64,000 bases of DNA from Thermoleophilia bacterium (GCA_020848615.1 JADLHW010000097.1:13447-77446); one strand, 5' to 3'; shown: positions 1-11,706, numbered from the stretch's first letter. A program made the numbers and translations. Notes: generated from the letters alone by a model not told the origin.

Positions 1-494
1 CGGACGCCGACGGCATCAAGACCGGCCAGACCGAGGGGGCGGGCTACGCACTGGTCGCCCACGCGACGCGCACGCGGCTGGGCGTGGACCTGTACGCGGT
101 GCTCCTGGGATCCACCGGGGAGGTCCAGCGCGCCCGGGACGCCAAACGGCTGCTGGACTGGGGGTTCCGCCAGTACGCGCGGCCCGTGCTGGTGAACCGC
201 GGGCGGGCGATGGTGCAGGTGGCGGTGCGCGACCGCCCCGGGGTGCGGCTGGTCCTGCGCTCCGGCGGCACCCCCCTGCGGGCGACCATCCGGCTGGGCC
301 GGCCCGTGCGGCAGGCCATCGAGGCCCCCGGGGAGGTCGTCGCCCCCGTCGCCCGGGGACAGGTGGTCGGACGCCTCGTGATCCGCCAGGATGGACGTGT
401 GCTGGGAACCCGCCCCCTGGTCGCCGACGCCGACGTCGAGGGGCCCGGGATCATGGAACGCCTGCGCTCCGGGATCTCCGCCCTTCTCCCATGA
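1..494 (+). CDS. Serine-type D-alanyl-D-alanine carboxypeptidase (PBP5/6-like), C-terminal part; 5' end lies outside the window
   Basis: The frame is open from the window edge. The translation DADGIKTGQTEGAGY carries the KTG box of penicillin-binding DD-peptidases, followed by a PBP5-type C-terminal domain-like sequence. Stop TGA 492-494 overlaps the next ATG (ATGA). Confidence 0.8.
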   Translation, partial: DADGIKTGQTEGAGYALVAHATRTRLGVDLYAVLLGSTGEVQRARDAKRLLDWGFRQYARPVLVNRGRAMVQVAVRDRPGVRLVLRSGGTPLRATIRLGRPVRQAIEAPGEVVAPVARGQVVGRLVIRQDGRVLGTRPLVADADVEGPGIMERLRSGISALLP

Positions 495-1456
495 TCGTCA
501 CCGTCACCCTCAACGCCGCGCTCGACCGCACCCTCAGCGTCCCGAACTTCCAGGCCGGGACCCGGAACCGCGCGTCCGACGCCCTCACCCTCCCCGGCGG
601 CAAGGGCGTGAACGTCGCCCGGGCCCTGAAGCGGCTGGGGGAGCCCGTGATCGCCACGGGGCTCGCCGGGGGACGCACCGGCACCTCCATCATCGAGGGC
701 CTCACCGAGGAGGGCATCCTCAACGACTTCGTCCGCATCCGCGGCGAGTCCCGCACCTCGACGGCCGTCGTCGACCCGAACGGCCGGCAGACCGAGATCA
801 TCGAGTACGGGCCGGCGGTGGGGGAGGATGAGCTCGGGGTCCTGCTGGAGAAGATCCGGTACCTCGCCCGCGGCGCCGACATGTTCGTGCTGTCCGGCTC
901 CCTGCCGCGCAACGTGCCCGACGACTACTACGCGGCCATCGTCCGCGAGCTGAAGGGCCAGGTCTACGTCGCCCTCGACGCCCAGGGGCCCCCGCTGCGC
1001 GTCGGGGTGGGCGCCGACCCGGACCTCGTGAGCCCCAACGCCCGGGAGACCGAGGAGATCGTGGGCTACGAGTTCAGCGAGGACGACGACCTGGTGGCCG
1101 CGGCGGAGACGCTCACCTCCATGGGCGCGCAGTCGGCGATCGTGCACCAGGCCGACGGCTGCGTGGCCCGCGTCCGGGAGCCCGGGGCGAAGTCGGCGGT
1201 CACCTACCGGGTGCTGGTGCCCGTGAAGGAGGCCCTGTCGACCGTGGGCTCCGGCGACGCCTTCCTGGCGGGGTACCTCACGGGGGTCACCCGCGGCGAG
1301 GACGCCCGGTCGCGGCTCACCCTCGCCGCCGCCTGCGGCATCGCGAACATCCAGACGCCGGGCGCCGGCGTGTTCGAGCGCTCGGAGGTCGACGCGCAGC
1401 GCCGCCAGGTGCAGGTGTGGGAGGTCGAGGCCGCCCCCGCCGGGCCCCCACCGTGA
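491..1456 (+). CDS. pfkB: PfkB-family sugar kinase, 1-phosphofructokinase / tagatose-6-phosphate kinase type
   Basis: 321-aa ORF. The N-terminus MIVTVTLNAALDRT...PGGKGVNVA and the C-terminal GSGDAFLAGY match PfkB family signatures. ATG 491 is coupled to the upstream stop. Confidence 0.85.
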   Translation: MIVTVTLNAALDRTLSVPNFQAGTRNRASDALTLPGGKGVNVARALKRLGEPVIATGLAGGRTGTSIIEGLTEEGILNDFVRIRGESRTSTAVVDPNGRQTEIIEYGPAVGEDELGVLLEKIRYLARGADMFVLSGSLPRNVPDDYYAAIVRELKGQVYVALDAQGPPLRVGVGADPDLVSPNARETEEIVGYEFSEDDDLVAAAETLTSMGAQSAIVHQADGCVARVREPGAKSAVTYRVLVPVKEALSTVGSGDAFLAGYLTGVTRGEDARSRLTLAAACGIANIQTPGAGVFERSEVDAQRRQVQVWEVEAAPAGPPP

Positions 1457-1548
1457 GCGGCGTCCGTCCACGGCGTCGTCCGGGCCCGTGCGCTAGCCTG
1501 CCGACTCCGAGCCAGTGATCTTCGCCATCAGCTGACAAGTTCCTTCCC

Positions 1549-1584
1549 GAAACCCAGGAGCGGCACGCGCCGGCCCTGGGTTTC
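1549..1584 (+). terminator. Hairpin downstream of pfkB (possible intrinsic terminator or guaB3 leader element)
   Basis: Perfect 10-bp inverted repeat GAAACCCAGG (1549-1558) / CCTGGGTTTC (1575-1584) with a 16-nt loop, followed by GTGCTTTC. It lies in the 192-nt gap between pfkB and guaB3. Confidence 0.45.
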
Positions 1585-1648
1585 GTGCTTTCGGCGGGGC
1601 TCACGGACCGGGGACGAACGGGACACGGGGACGTAAGGAGCGAATCGG

Positions 1649-2806
1649 GTGGAGATCGAGATCGGGCGGGGCAAGAAGGGCCGGCGGGCCTACGGGTTCG
1701 ACGACATCGCGATCGTGCCGAGCCGGCGCACGCGGGACCCCGAGGATGTGGATCTCAGCTGGAGCCTGGGCGGCTACACCTTCGAGCTGCCGCTGCTGGC
1801 CTCCGCCATGGACGGCGTCGTGGACGTCCGCACCGCCACGATCCTCGGCAAGCTCGGCGGCCTCGGGGTGCTGAACCTCGAGGGCATCCAGGTGCGGTAC
1901 GAGGAGGCCGACGCCGAGCTGGAGCGCATCTCCCAGCTGCCCAAGGACGAGGCGACCCGCGGCCTCCAGCAGGTGTACCAGGAGCCCATCAAGCCCGAGC
2001 TGGTCGCCCAGCGCATCCGCGAGATGAAGGCCGCCGGCATCGTCACCGCCGGGTCGTTCACGCCGCAGCGCGTGGAGGAGTACATCGGGGTCGCCCTCGA
2101 GGCCGGCCTCGACATCCTGGTCATCCAGGGCACCGTCGTGAGCGCCGAGCACGTCTCGTCGGTGGTGGAGCCGCTCAACCTCAAGCAGTTCATCGCCGAG
2201 CTGCCCATCCCCGCCATCGTCGGCGGCTGCGCCTCGTTCCAGACGGCGCTGCACCTCATGCGCACCGGTGCCGTCGGCGTGCTGGTGGGCGTCGGCCCGG
2301 GCGCGGCGTGCACCACCCGCCAGGTCATCGGCGTGGGGGTCCCGCAGGCCACGGCCATCGCCGACGCCGCGGGTGCCCGCATGCAGCACCTGCTGGAGAC
2401 CGGCCAGTACGTGAACGTCATCGCCGACGGCGGCATGGCGTTCGGCGGCGACCTCGCCAAGGCCGTCGCGTGCGGCGCGGACGCCTGCATGATCGGCTCC
2501 CCGCTGGCCAAGGCCGACGAGGCCCCGGGCCGCGGCTACCACTGGGGCATGGCGACGTTCCATCCCACCCTGCCGCGTGGCACCCGGGTGAAGACCACCA
2601 CCCTCGGCCCGCTGGAGCAGATCGTGGTGGGCCCCGCGTACGAGAACGACGGCACCCTCAACCTCATGGGCGGCCTGCGCACCGCGATGGCGACCTGCGG
2701 GTACGAGTCGATCCAGAGCTTCCAGAAGTGCGAGGTCATGGTCGCCCCCGCCCTGAAGAGTGAGGGCAAGCGGCTCCAGCAGGCCCAGGCCGTGGGTATG
2801 GGCTGA
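1649..2806 (+). CDS. guaB3: GuaB3-type IMP dehydrogenase-related protein (no CBS insert)
   Basis: 385-aa ORF. The sequence [20 protein letters not shown]...ASAMDGVVD...IADGGM is an IMPDH/GMPR TIM-barrel pattern. GTG 1649 sits 8 nt after AAGGAG. The gene is immediately upstream of guaA. Confidence 0.85.
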   Translation: MEIEIGRGKKGRRAYGFDDIAIVPSRRTRDPEDVDLSWSLGGYTFELPLLASAMDGVVDVRTATILGKLGGLGVLNLEGIQVRYEEADAELERISQLPKDEATRGLQQVYQEPIKPELVAQRIREMKAAGIVTAGSFTPQRVEEYIGVALEAGLDILVIQGTVVSAEHVSSVVEPLNLKQFIAELPIPAIVGGCASFQTALHLMRTGAVGVLVGVGPGAACTTRQVIGVGVPQATAIADAAGARMQHLLETGQYVNVIADGGMAFGGDLAKAVACGADACMIGSPLAKADEAPGRGYHWGMATFHPTLPRGTRVKTTTLGPLEQIVVGPAYENDGTLNLMGGLRTAMATCGYESIQSFQKCEVMVAPALKSEGKRLQQAQAVGMG

Positions 2807-2831
2807 GGCGGTGGCATCGTCCCCCCGCGCG

Positions 2832-4381
<1,550 letters not shown>

Positions 4382-4385
<4 letters not shown>

Positions 4386-6817
4386 CGCGCCTCCGGGCCG
4401 CCGTGGGCGGGCTCGTGGCGGCCGCCGTGGCGGCGGCGGCGGCCACGCTCCCCGCGGCGGCCCGGGCGGCGACCGACCTCGGCACGCCGGGGCCGTACCG
4501 GGTCCAGCACCTCACGTACCGGCTGCCGTCCCTGCGGGTGCCGGACTTCGCGGTGCCGCTGGAGGTGGTGGGGGAGGTGGAGGCGCCGGTCGGCGCGCCC
4601 GGCGCGCGGCCCCTGGTGCTGGTGCTGCACGGCATGCACCGCACCTGCCTGAAGCGCTCGGACGTCTCGGCGTTCGCCCCGGGCCGCGGGTGGCCGTGCC
4701 CGCCGGGGTGGGTGCCGGTGGGGAACCACATCGGGTACCGGTGGCTCCTGCGGCTGCTGGCCTCCCAGGGGGACGTCGCGGTGTCGGTCTCCGCGAACTC
4801 CGTGAACGCCCAGAACAACGACGTGCCGGCCTCCGGCGCGGTGGAGCGCGCCCTGCTGGTGCGCCACCACCTGCGGCTGTGGGCGCGGTGGGCGACCACC
4901 GGCGGCGACCCGTGGGGTGGCGCGATGCGCGGTGCCGTCGATCCGCAGCGGGTCGTGCTGGTGGGGCACAGCCGCGGCGGGGAGGGCGTCGCCCAGGCGT
5001 CGGCGTCGTCGCGCCCGGACGACGCGTTCCGCGTGCGCGGCCTGGTGCTCATCGCCCCGACGCACTTCGGCAGGCAGGTCACGCCCGGCGTGGACGAGCT
5101 GGTGGTGCTGCCCTACTGCGACGGAGACGTGAACGACCTGGAGGGTCAGGGGTACATCGACGGGCGGCGTGACCTGGTGGCCGGCGATCCGACGGTGCGC
5201 AGCGCCCTGCTGGTGCTGGGCGCCAACCACAACTACTTCAACACCACATGGGCGACGGACGGCCCCGGGTCCGACGACTGGTTCGCCGACGACAGCACCC
5301 CGCCCGCGGAGCGCCGGGCGTGCGGGTCGCGCTCGAGGGCGAGGCTCACGCCGAGCGCGCAGCGCAACGCCGTCCGGCCGTACGTCGCGGCGCTCGTGCG
5401 CGCCGCCGTCGACGACGACCCCGAGGCGATCGCCCTCCTGGACGGCACGGGCGCCAGGCCCGCCTCCGCCGGCCGGGCCGTGACGCTGGTGTCCGCCTGG
5501 GGCGGCGGGGCGTCCGTGCTCTACGCCCCGCGCGCCGGCGCGAAGGCGCCGCGGGCGGCCCGCGTGTCCACCCGCATCTGCCGCGGGTACACCCAGCAGG
5601 GGTCGGACTGCCTGCCCGCCGCGGGGGTGGAGCGCCTGCCGCACTGGGTGCCGATGGGCGCGGCCGGCCCGCTGCCCGCCCCCCGGGCGCTGGCGATGAA
5701 GTGGACCCGGGCCGGCGGGGCGGTGCCCGTGCCCCTGGGCGCCGCCGAGGCCGACCTGTCCGCGTTCGGGGCGGTGCAGATGCGCGTCGCCCTCGGCCCG
5801 GGCCTGCGCGGCCGGCCGTTCGCGCTGCGCCTGGGTGACGCCTCCGGCCGGACCGCCGTGATCGAGGCGTCCTCGCCGGCACTGCGGGCCCTGCCCGGTC
5901 CGGGCGGCGACCGCGGCCGCCTGCTGCCCAAGGTGTGGGCGCAGTCGGTGCGCTTCACCCTCGACCCGACACGGCTGGACCTCGCGCACGTCACGCGGGC
6001 CGCGATCCTCGTGCGGCCCCGGTCCGGACGGGCGTGGTTGCTGGATGTCGCGACGGTCGGGCCCGCCGCCCGCCCGGTGACGGTCCCGGAGCTGCCGCGG
6101 CTGCGGGCCCGCACCGTCCACGTCCGTGAGCGCGGGGACCGGGGCACGGTGCGCGTCGCCGTCCCGGTGTCGGTGGAGGGCGCGGTCACGACCTCCGCCT
6201 CCATCGCGGTGCTGGTGTCGGCCCCCGATGCGGGCGCACGGTGGCGGGTCATGGAGGTGAAGCCCGGCGCGGCGCGCCTGATGGTGCCGGTCACGGTGAC
6301 CGCGGACGACCTCCGCACCGGACCGCGTCGCTACGGGGTGGCGGTGGTGGCCCTGCGCGGCGCGGTCGTCGCCCGGTACGACGGGGCGGTCGTCGTCGAC
6401 GACGACGAGCCCCCCGTGCGGGTCCGGGTGGAGCAGCGCCGGGTCTCGGTCCGCGAGGGCGGGGACCTGGTGTGGCGCTTCCGGCTCAGCCGCGTGTCGT
6501 CCTCCGACGTGTCCCTCACCCTCACTCCCGCCCTGCTCGCCCCGGGCGTCCGGGCGCTCGACACCCTCGACCTCCCGGCGGAGCAGCGTGGACTGTGGGG
6601 CGGGGAGGGGAGGAAGCCCATCCCGTTGTCCCAGACCTTCGCGAGCCTCGACGTCTACTTCCCCGCCGGCAGCCGCACCGCCCAGGTGTCGATGCCCACC
6701 CTCGCCGACGGCCGCCGGGAACCCGCCGAGTACGTCACCTGGGAGGGCAACACCCCCGGCGGCGACCCCGGCCTCATCCCCAGGGGCTTCCTGCTCACCG
6801 GCATCGTCCGCGACTGA
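4382..6817 (+). CDS. Secreted alpha/beta-hydrolase (lipase/esterase-like) with a long beta-rich C-terminal region (Calx-beta-like segments)
   Basis: GTG 4382 overlaps the guaA stop (GTGA). The Ala-rich signal peptide is ...[14 protein letters not shown]. The nucleophile elbow is VLVGHSRGG, with candidate Asp (YCDGDV) and His (GANHNYF). The C-terminal segments [14 protein letters not shown]...[17 protein letters not shown] look Calx-beta-like. GC3 is high in this frame. Confidence 0.7.
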
Positions 6818-6990
6818 CCGGCCATCGACTCCATGTCCGCGCGAACACGGCCACGCGGGCGCCTCACGCGGGGAATACGGCCGGTTCCGCGCCGATGCAC
6901 CCAGCGTCCCGCCATCACGACGAGCGACCGCATGGGTACCGGCGGCCGGACGCCGGCTGGGGGGATCGGCGACGCGGCGGCGCCGGGAGC

Positions 6991-7380
6991 TCAGGCGGAG
7001 GCGCTGCGGCGGGAGAGCGGGTACGGCAGCGCGACGTCCGGGCGGGCGTCGACCACCTCGCCGTCGGCCTTCCGGATGCGGAACGTCCCGAAGGACCGGC
7101 GGGACAGGAACTCCGCCAGTTCCTCCAACTGCTCGTCCGTGAGCGCCTGGGAGATGCGCTCGAGCGGTGACAGGGCCGGCTCGACCCGCAGGGCGGGAAG
7201 CTCCGCGGGCGGGGCGGCGGCGGGCGCCGCGGCCTTCCGCTGGCGGGCCTGGACCCGGCTGGGCGGCCACACCTTGCGGCTCTGCGTGTGGTGCCAGCAG
7301 TATGGCCCGCCGCGGTACGTCGTCTGCTGGCAGCGCCTGCCGTGGGCGGCGATGGCGATGCAGCGGTTGACCGTGGACAC
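6991..7380 (-). CDS. Hypothetical protein with an N-terminal Cys/His cluster (putative zinc-binding)
   Basis: 129-aa ORF. GTG 7380 is preceded by GGAGG about 11 nt upstream. The N-terminus is [25 protein letters not shown] (C-x9-C-x10-C-x-H-H). No family was recognised. Confidence 0.55.
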   Translation of the reverse strand: MSTVNRCIAIAAHGRRCQQTTYRGGPYCWHHTQSRKVWPPSRVQARQRKAAAPAAAPPAELPALRVEPALSPLERISQALTDEQLEELAEFLSRRSFGTFRIRKADGEVVDARPDVALPYPLSRRSASA

Positions 7381-7433
7381 TGGGGCCCGTACCTCCTGCC
7401 CGCGCCCGGGGCCCGTTCGAACGTCAGGCGCGC

Positions 7434-7457
7434 GGTTGTTGCAACGATTGCAACGAG
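7434..7457. promoter_or_regulatory. Tandem GTTGCAAC / TTGCAAC palindromic boxes in the divergent intergenic region (operator/promoter candidate)
   Basis: The sequence is GGTTGTTGCAACGATTGCAACGAG. GTTGCAAC (7438-7445) is self-complementary and is repeated as TTGCAAC at 7448-7454. This is a locally AT-richer island between gene 6991-7380 (-) and rplM (+). Confidence 0.35.
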
Positions 7458-7558
7458 TTCTATCGTCCGCGCGCCCGGGAATCCAGACCCGCGGGCGATC
7501 GCGCGATGTCCCGCGCGACCTTGCGGGTGGGTGGTCGCTCGCCTAATCTCCCACGTCG

Positions 7559-7577
7559 GCCCTGCGACTCGCAGGGC
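7559..7577 (+). promoter_or_regulatory. Hairpin in the rplM 5' leader
   Basis: Perfect 8-bp stem GCCCTGCG / CGCAGGGC with loop ACT, 36 nt upstream of the rplM GTG. Confidence 0.3.
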
Positions 7578-7612
7578 GGATTCGCCGCGCCGCCTGGAGG
7601 ACGTCAACCGCC

Positions 7613-8065
7613 GTGAAGACCGTCAGCGCCAAGACCGGAACCGTCGAACGCCGCTGGTGGGTGGTCGATGCCGACGGCCAGAACCTCGGCCGCCTCGCCA
7701 CCGTTATCGCCGAGACGCTCCGCGGGAAGCGGTCGCCGTGGTTCACCCGCCACGCCGACGCAGGCGACTTCGTGGTGGTGGTCAACGCCGAGCTCATCGC
7801 CGTCACCGGCAAGAAGCTCGAGGACAAGCGCTACTACCGGCACTCCGGCTACCCGGGCGGCCTGAAGAGCCGCACCCTGGCCGAGCAGCTCGAGAAGCGG
7901 CCGGAGGAGGTCATGCGCATGGCCGTCCGCGGCATGCTCCCGAAGAACCGCCTCGGCAGGAAGCAGCTGCTGAAGCTCAAGATCTACGCGGGCCCCGAGC
8001 ACCCGCACCAGGCACAGGACCCGCAGCCCCTGCGGCTCACGCGCACCGCGGAGGTGTCGGCATGA
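7613..8065 (+). CDS. rplM: 50S ribosomal protein L13
   Basis: 150-aa ORF with the sequence [24 protein letters not shown]...[10 protein letters not shown], typical of L13. Confidence 0.97.
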   Translation: MKTVSAKTGTVERRWWVVDADGQNLGRLATVIAETLRGKRSPWFTRHADAGDFVVVVNAELIAVTGKKLEDKRYYRHSGYPGGLKSRTLAEQLEKRPEEVMRMAVRGMLPKNRLGRKQLLKLKIYAGPEHPHQAQDPQPLRLTRTAEVSA

Positions 8066-8463
8066 AGACGGACAAGCTCGGCCGGTTCACGGCCACGGGC
8101 AAGCGCAAGACCTCTGTCGCGCGCGTGATCCTCGCCCCGGGCGAGGGCAAGGTGCTCTGCAACGGCCGCCCGGCCGACGAGTACTTCGGCCGCAAGGTCC
8201 TGGTGACGACGGCGCTCCGCGCGCTGACCGCCAGCGGCACCGAGGGGTCCTACGACGTGATCGCCCGCCTGCACGGCGGCGGCCCGTCCGGCCAGGCCGG
8301 CGCCCTGCGCCACGGCATCGCCCGTGCGTTGTGCGTCGCCGACGAGAACCTGCGCCCCGAGCTGAAGAAGGAAGGCCTCCTCACCCGCGACGCGCGTGAG
8401 AAGGAACGGAAGAAGGCCGGCCTCAAGGGCGCCCGGAAGCGCCCGCAGTTCTCGAAGCGCTGA
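8062..8463 (+). CDS. rpsI: 30S ribosomal protein S9
   Basis: ATG 8062 overlaps the rplM stop (ATGA). The sequence [10 protein letters not shown]...[19 protein letters not shown]...[17 protein letters not shown] is typical of S9. Confidence 0.97.
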   Translation: MKTDKLGRFTATGKRKTSVARVILAPGEGKVLCNGRPADEYFGRKVLVTTALRALTASGTEGSYDVIARLHGGGPSGQAGALRHGIARALCVADENLRPELKKEGLLTRDAREKERKKAGLKGARKRPQFSKR

Positions 8464-8494
8464 CCCCCGCGCTCCCCCGCTGAGCGAGGCTCTC

Positions 8495-9835
8495 GTCAGG
8501 AAGCTCTTCGGCACCGACGGCGTCCGGGGGGTCGCGAACCGCGACCTCACCCCGGAGCTGGCGGTCGCCATCGGCCGGGCCCTGGGGTCCGGCCTCCCGC
8601 CGCACGCCGCCGTCGCGATCGGCCGCGACACGCGGCGCAGCGGCCACATGCTGGAGGGAGCCCTCGCCGCGGGCCTCAGCTCCGCGGGCGCGGACGTGCT
8701 CCTGCTGGGCGTCCTGCCGACCCCGGCGATCGCGGAGGCCGTGCCGCGGCTGGGCGCCGCCGCGGGCGCGGTGATCAGCGCATCGCACAACCCGTTCCCC
8801 GACAACGGCATCAAGCTCATCGGGCCGGACGGCTTCAAGCTCGCCGACGACGCCGAGTCCCGCGTGGAGTCCGCCATCCACACACCGCCCGAGGGGCGGC
8901 CGGAGGGCGGCGCGCTGGGGATCTCGCACGTGGTGGAGGACGCCGTGGAGGCGTATGTGGCCTCACTCGTCGAGCGCCACGCCCCGGACCTCTCCTCGCT
9001 GTCGATCGTCGCGGACTGCGCGAACGGCGCGACGTCGGTGACGGCGCCCGAGGTGCTGCGCCGCCTGGGGGCCCGGCTCACGGTCATCCACGCCGATCCC
9101 GACGGCGTGAACATCAACGAAGGCTGCGGCTCCACGCACCTGGAGTCACTGCGGACGGCGGTCACCTCCGGCGGCCACGACCTGGGGCTCGCCTTCGACG
9201 GCGACGGCGACCGGGTGCTGGCGGTCGACCGGAACGGCGCCGTCGTGGACGGCGACCAGATCCTCGCGATCCTGGCGTTGTCGCTGCGGCGGTCGGGCCA
9301 CCTCGCCGGCGACGCCGTGGTGACCACCACGATGACGAACCTGGGGTTCCGCCGCGCGATGACCGCGCACGGTGTCGAGGTGCGGTGGACCGACGTCGGC
9401 GACCGCTACGTGCTGGAGGAGATGAAGCGCGGCGGGTACGTCCTGGGCGGGGAGCAGAGCGGCCACCTCATCAACCTGCGGTCCGGGCCCACCGGCGACG
9501 GCCTGGGCGCGGCCCTCATGCTGCTCGCCGCCCTCGTGGAAACCGGCGAGGACCTGTCCGAGGCGGCCTCGGTGGTACAACGGCTGCCGCAGAAACTCGT
9601 CGGCGTGCGCAGCGCGCGAAAGTCCGAGCTGCCGCAGGCCGACGAGGTGTGGGAAGAGGTCAGGGCGTTCGAGGCCGAGTTCGGTGACGATGGCCGCGTC
9701 GTGGTGCGCGCATCGGGGACCGAGCCGCTCATCCGCGTGATGGTCGAGGCGCCCACGACCGAGGATTGCGATCGGTGGTGTGAACGGATCGCCGGTGCCG
9801 CGCAGGCGCGGCTCGGTGACCCGGCCGGCACCTGA
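8495..9835 (+). CDS. glmM: Phosphoglucosamine mutase
   Basis: The sequence has RKLFGTDGVRGVAN and the phosphoserine loop SASHNPFPDNGIK. The start is uncertain. The conserved N-terminus begins at GTC 8495, 5 nt after GAGG 8486-8489. The only canonical in-frame start is GTG 8396, inside rpsI. CTG 8480 is also possible. Confidence 0.93.
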   Translation, partial: VRKLFGTDGVRGVANRDLTPELAVAIGRALGSGLPPHAAVAIGRDTRRSGHMLEGALAAGLSSAGADVLLLGVLPTPAIAEAVPRLGAAAGAVISASHNPFPDNGIKLIGPDGFKLADDAESRVESAIHTPPEGRPEGGALGISHVVEDAVEAYVASLVERHAPDLSSLSIVADCANGATSVTAPEVLRRLGARLTVIHADPDGVNINEGCGSTHLESLRTAVTSGGHDLGLAFDGDGDRVLAVDRNGAVVDGDQILAILALSLRRSGHLAGDAVVTTTMTNLGFRRAMTAHGVEVRWTDVGDRYVLEEMKRGGYVLGGEQSGHLINLRSGPTGDGLGAALMLLAALVETGEDLSEAASVVQRLPQKLVGVRSARKSELPQADEVWEEVRAFEAEFGDDGRVVVRASGTEPLIRVMVEAPTTEDCDRWCERIAGAAQARLGDPAGT

Positions 9836-9850
9836 CCCCGGGGGTGAGGC

Positions 9851-11695
9851 ATGTGCGGGATCATCGGCTACGTCGGCGGGCGCGCCTGCCGTGAGCTGAT
9901 CGTCCAGGGCCTGGAGCGCCTGGAGTACCGCGGCTACGACTCCGCGGGGTTCGCGCTGCTGGAGGACGACGGCGACGCCCTCGCGACGGTCCGCGCCGTC
10001 GGGAACCTCGCGAAGCTGCGCGAGGCGGCGGCGGACATGAACGGCGCCGCGGGCGCGACCACGGGCCTGGGCCACACCCGGTGGGCCACCCACGGCCGCG
10101 TGACCGAGGCGAACTGCCACCCGCACCAGTCCGGTGACGGGAAGGTCGCCGTGGTGATGAACGGCATCATCGAGAACTACATGGATCTGCGGCACCAGCT
10201 GCAGGAGTCCGGCGTGGTGTTCCACAGCGAGACCGACACCGAGGTGCTCCCGCACCTCATCGCCCAGCACTACCGCGGCGACCTGCTGGCGGCCGTGCGG
10301 GAGATCCTGCCCAAGCTCGACGGCCACTACGCGTTCGTGGCCCTCCACGCCGACGAGCCCGGCAGGCTGGTCGGCACCCGCCACGAGTGCCCGCTGGTCA
10401 TCGGCGAGGGCGACGGCGAGCGGTTCCTCGCGTCGGCGATCCCCGCGTTCCTGCGCGAGACCCGCGACGTGGTGCTCATCAACGACGGCGAGGTCGTGGT
10501 CATCGAGCCGGGCACCACCACCATCCTGAACGCCGCCGGCGAGCAGCTGGAGCGCCACGCCGAGCGCGTGGACCTGGACGAGGACGCCGCCGAGAAGGGC
10601 GGCTACGAGACGTTCATGCTGAAGGAGATCCACGAGCAGCCCGCCGCCCTGTGGGACACCATCGGCGACCGCATCCGGCCCGACGGCACCGTCCACCTCG
10701 AGGGCTTCGGCCTGGACGACGCCGCGCTGGCCCGCGTGGAGCGCGTCCACATCGTGGCGTGCGGCACCTCGTACCACGCCGGCCTGGTGGGCCGGTACCT
10801 CATCGAGGACTGGGCACGGGTGCCGGTGCACTGCGAGGTGGCCTCCGAGTACCGGTACCGCACGTGCCTCGCGGGTCCCGGGGACCTGGTGATCGGCATC
10901 ACCCAGAGCGGGGAGACCGCGGACACCCTCGCCGCCATGCGCGTCGCCCGGGAGCGCGGCGCCCACGTGGTGGCGCTCACGAACATCATGGGCTCGCAGG
11001 CCACCCGCGACGCCGACGGGGTGCTCTACACCCGCGCCGGCCTGGAGATCGGCGTGGCCGCCACCAAGAGCCACACCGCCCAGATCATGGCGCTCGCGCT
11101 GCTGGCCGTGAAGCTCGGCCGCCTGAAGTGGGCCCTCACCTCGCCCGGGGCGATCGACCTGGCGGAGGAACTGCGCCGCCTGCCGGACGCCATCGAGGCG
11201 TACCTGGAGTCCGGCGCCCCGGATGACGTGCGCACCGTCGCCCAGAGGTACGCGGAGCGCCCGTTCTTCCTGTACCTGGGCCGCCACGTGGGCGTGCCGG
11301 TGTGCTTCGAGGGCGCGCTGAAGCTGAAGGAGATCAGCTACATCCCCACCGAGGCGTACCCGGCGGGCGAGATGAAGCACGGTCCCATCGCGTTGCTGGA
11401 CGAGGGCTCCCCGGTGGTGGTGGTCGCCACCGACGGCCACGTGTTCGACAAGGTGGTGTCGAACATCCAGGAGGTGAAGGCCCGCGGCGCCCGCGTGATC
11501 GCGGTCGCGACGGAGGGCAACCAGGAGATCGGCGCGCACGTCGACGACGTCCTGTGGGCCCCGAAGACGCCGGCCCTGCTCTCCCCGGTCACGGCCCTGG
11601 TGCCGCTGCAGCTGTTCGCGTACGAGATCGCCACCATCCGCGGCCTCAACGTCGACCAGCCGCGGAACCTCGCGAAGACCGTCACCGTCGAGTAG
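9851..11695 (+). CDS. glmS: Glutamine--fructose-6-phosphate aminotransferase (isomerising)
   Basis: 614-aa ORF. MCGIIGY provides the N-terminal nucleophile Cys, followed by two SIS domains, and the protein ends ...NLAKTVTVE. Confidence 0.97.
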   Translation: MCGIIGYVGGRACRELIVQGLERLEYRGYDSAGFALLEDDGDALATVRAVGNLAKLREAAADMNGAAGATTGLGHTRWATHGRVTEANCHPHQSGDGKVAVVMNGIIENYMDLRHQLQESGVVFHSETDTEVLPHLIAQHYRGDLLAAVREILPKLDGHYAFVALHADEPGRLVGTRHECPLVIGEGDGERFLASAIPAFLRETRDVVLINDGEVVVIEPGTTTILNAAGEQLERHAERVDLDEDAAEKGGYETFMLKEIHEQPAALWDTIGDRIRPDGTVHLEGFGLDDAALARVERVHIVACGTSYHAGLVGRYLIEDWARVPVHCEVASEYRYRTCLAGPGDLVIGITQSGETADTLAAMRVARERGAHVVALTNIMGSQATRDADGVLYTRAGLEIGVAATKSHTAQIMALALLAVKLGRLKWALTSPGAIDLAEELRRLPDAIEAYLESGAPDDVRTVAQRYAERPFFLYLGRHVGVPVCFEGALKLKEISYIPTEAYPAGEMKHGPIALLDEGSPVVVVATDGHVFDKVVSNIQEVKARGARVIAVATEGNQEIGAHVDDVLWAPKTPALLSPVTALVPLQLFAYEIATIRGLNVDQPRNLAKTVTVE

Positions 11696-11706
11696 GGGTC
11701 GCGGCG

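Noticed and set aside
1457-1648. Possible purine/guanine-type riboswitch upstream of guaB3-guaA.
   Set aside because: I could not find the conserved purine-riboswitch junction sequences or a three-way junction. Only a simple hairpin (1549-1584) is evident. An Rfam scan would be needed to be certain.
2760-2831. Upstream extension of guaA from ORF-track start 2760.
   Set aside because: It would overlap guaB3 by 47 nt with a non-conserved Arg/Ser/Trp-rich peptide. The conserved GATase domain starts right after ATG 2832; GTG 2811 is an alternative.
7415-7421. GTTCGAA, a tRNA T-loop-like heptamer in the 7381-7612 intergenic region.
   Set aside because: The flanking bases cannot form a T-stem or any cloverleaf arms. 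No tRNA or rRNA is apparent anywhere in the window.
9836-9850. Possible glmS ribozyme upstream of glmS.
   Set aside because: Only 15 nt separate the glmM stop from the glmS ATG, so there is no room for the ribozyme. The ribozyme is in any case typical of Firmicutes-like genomes.
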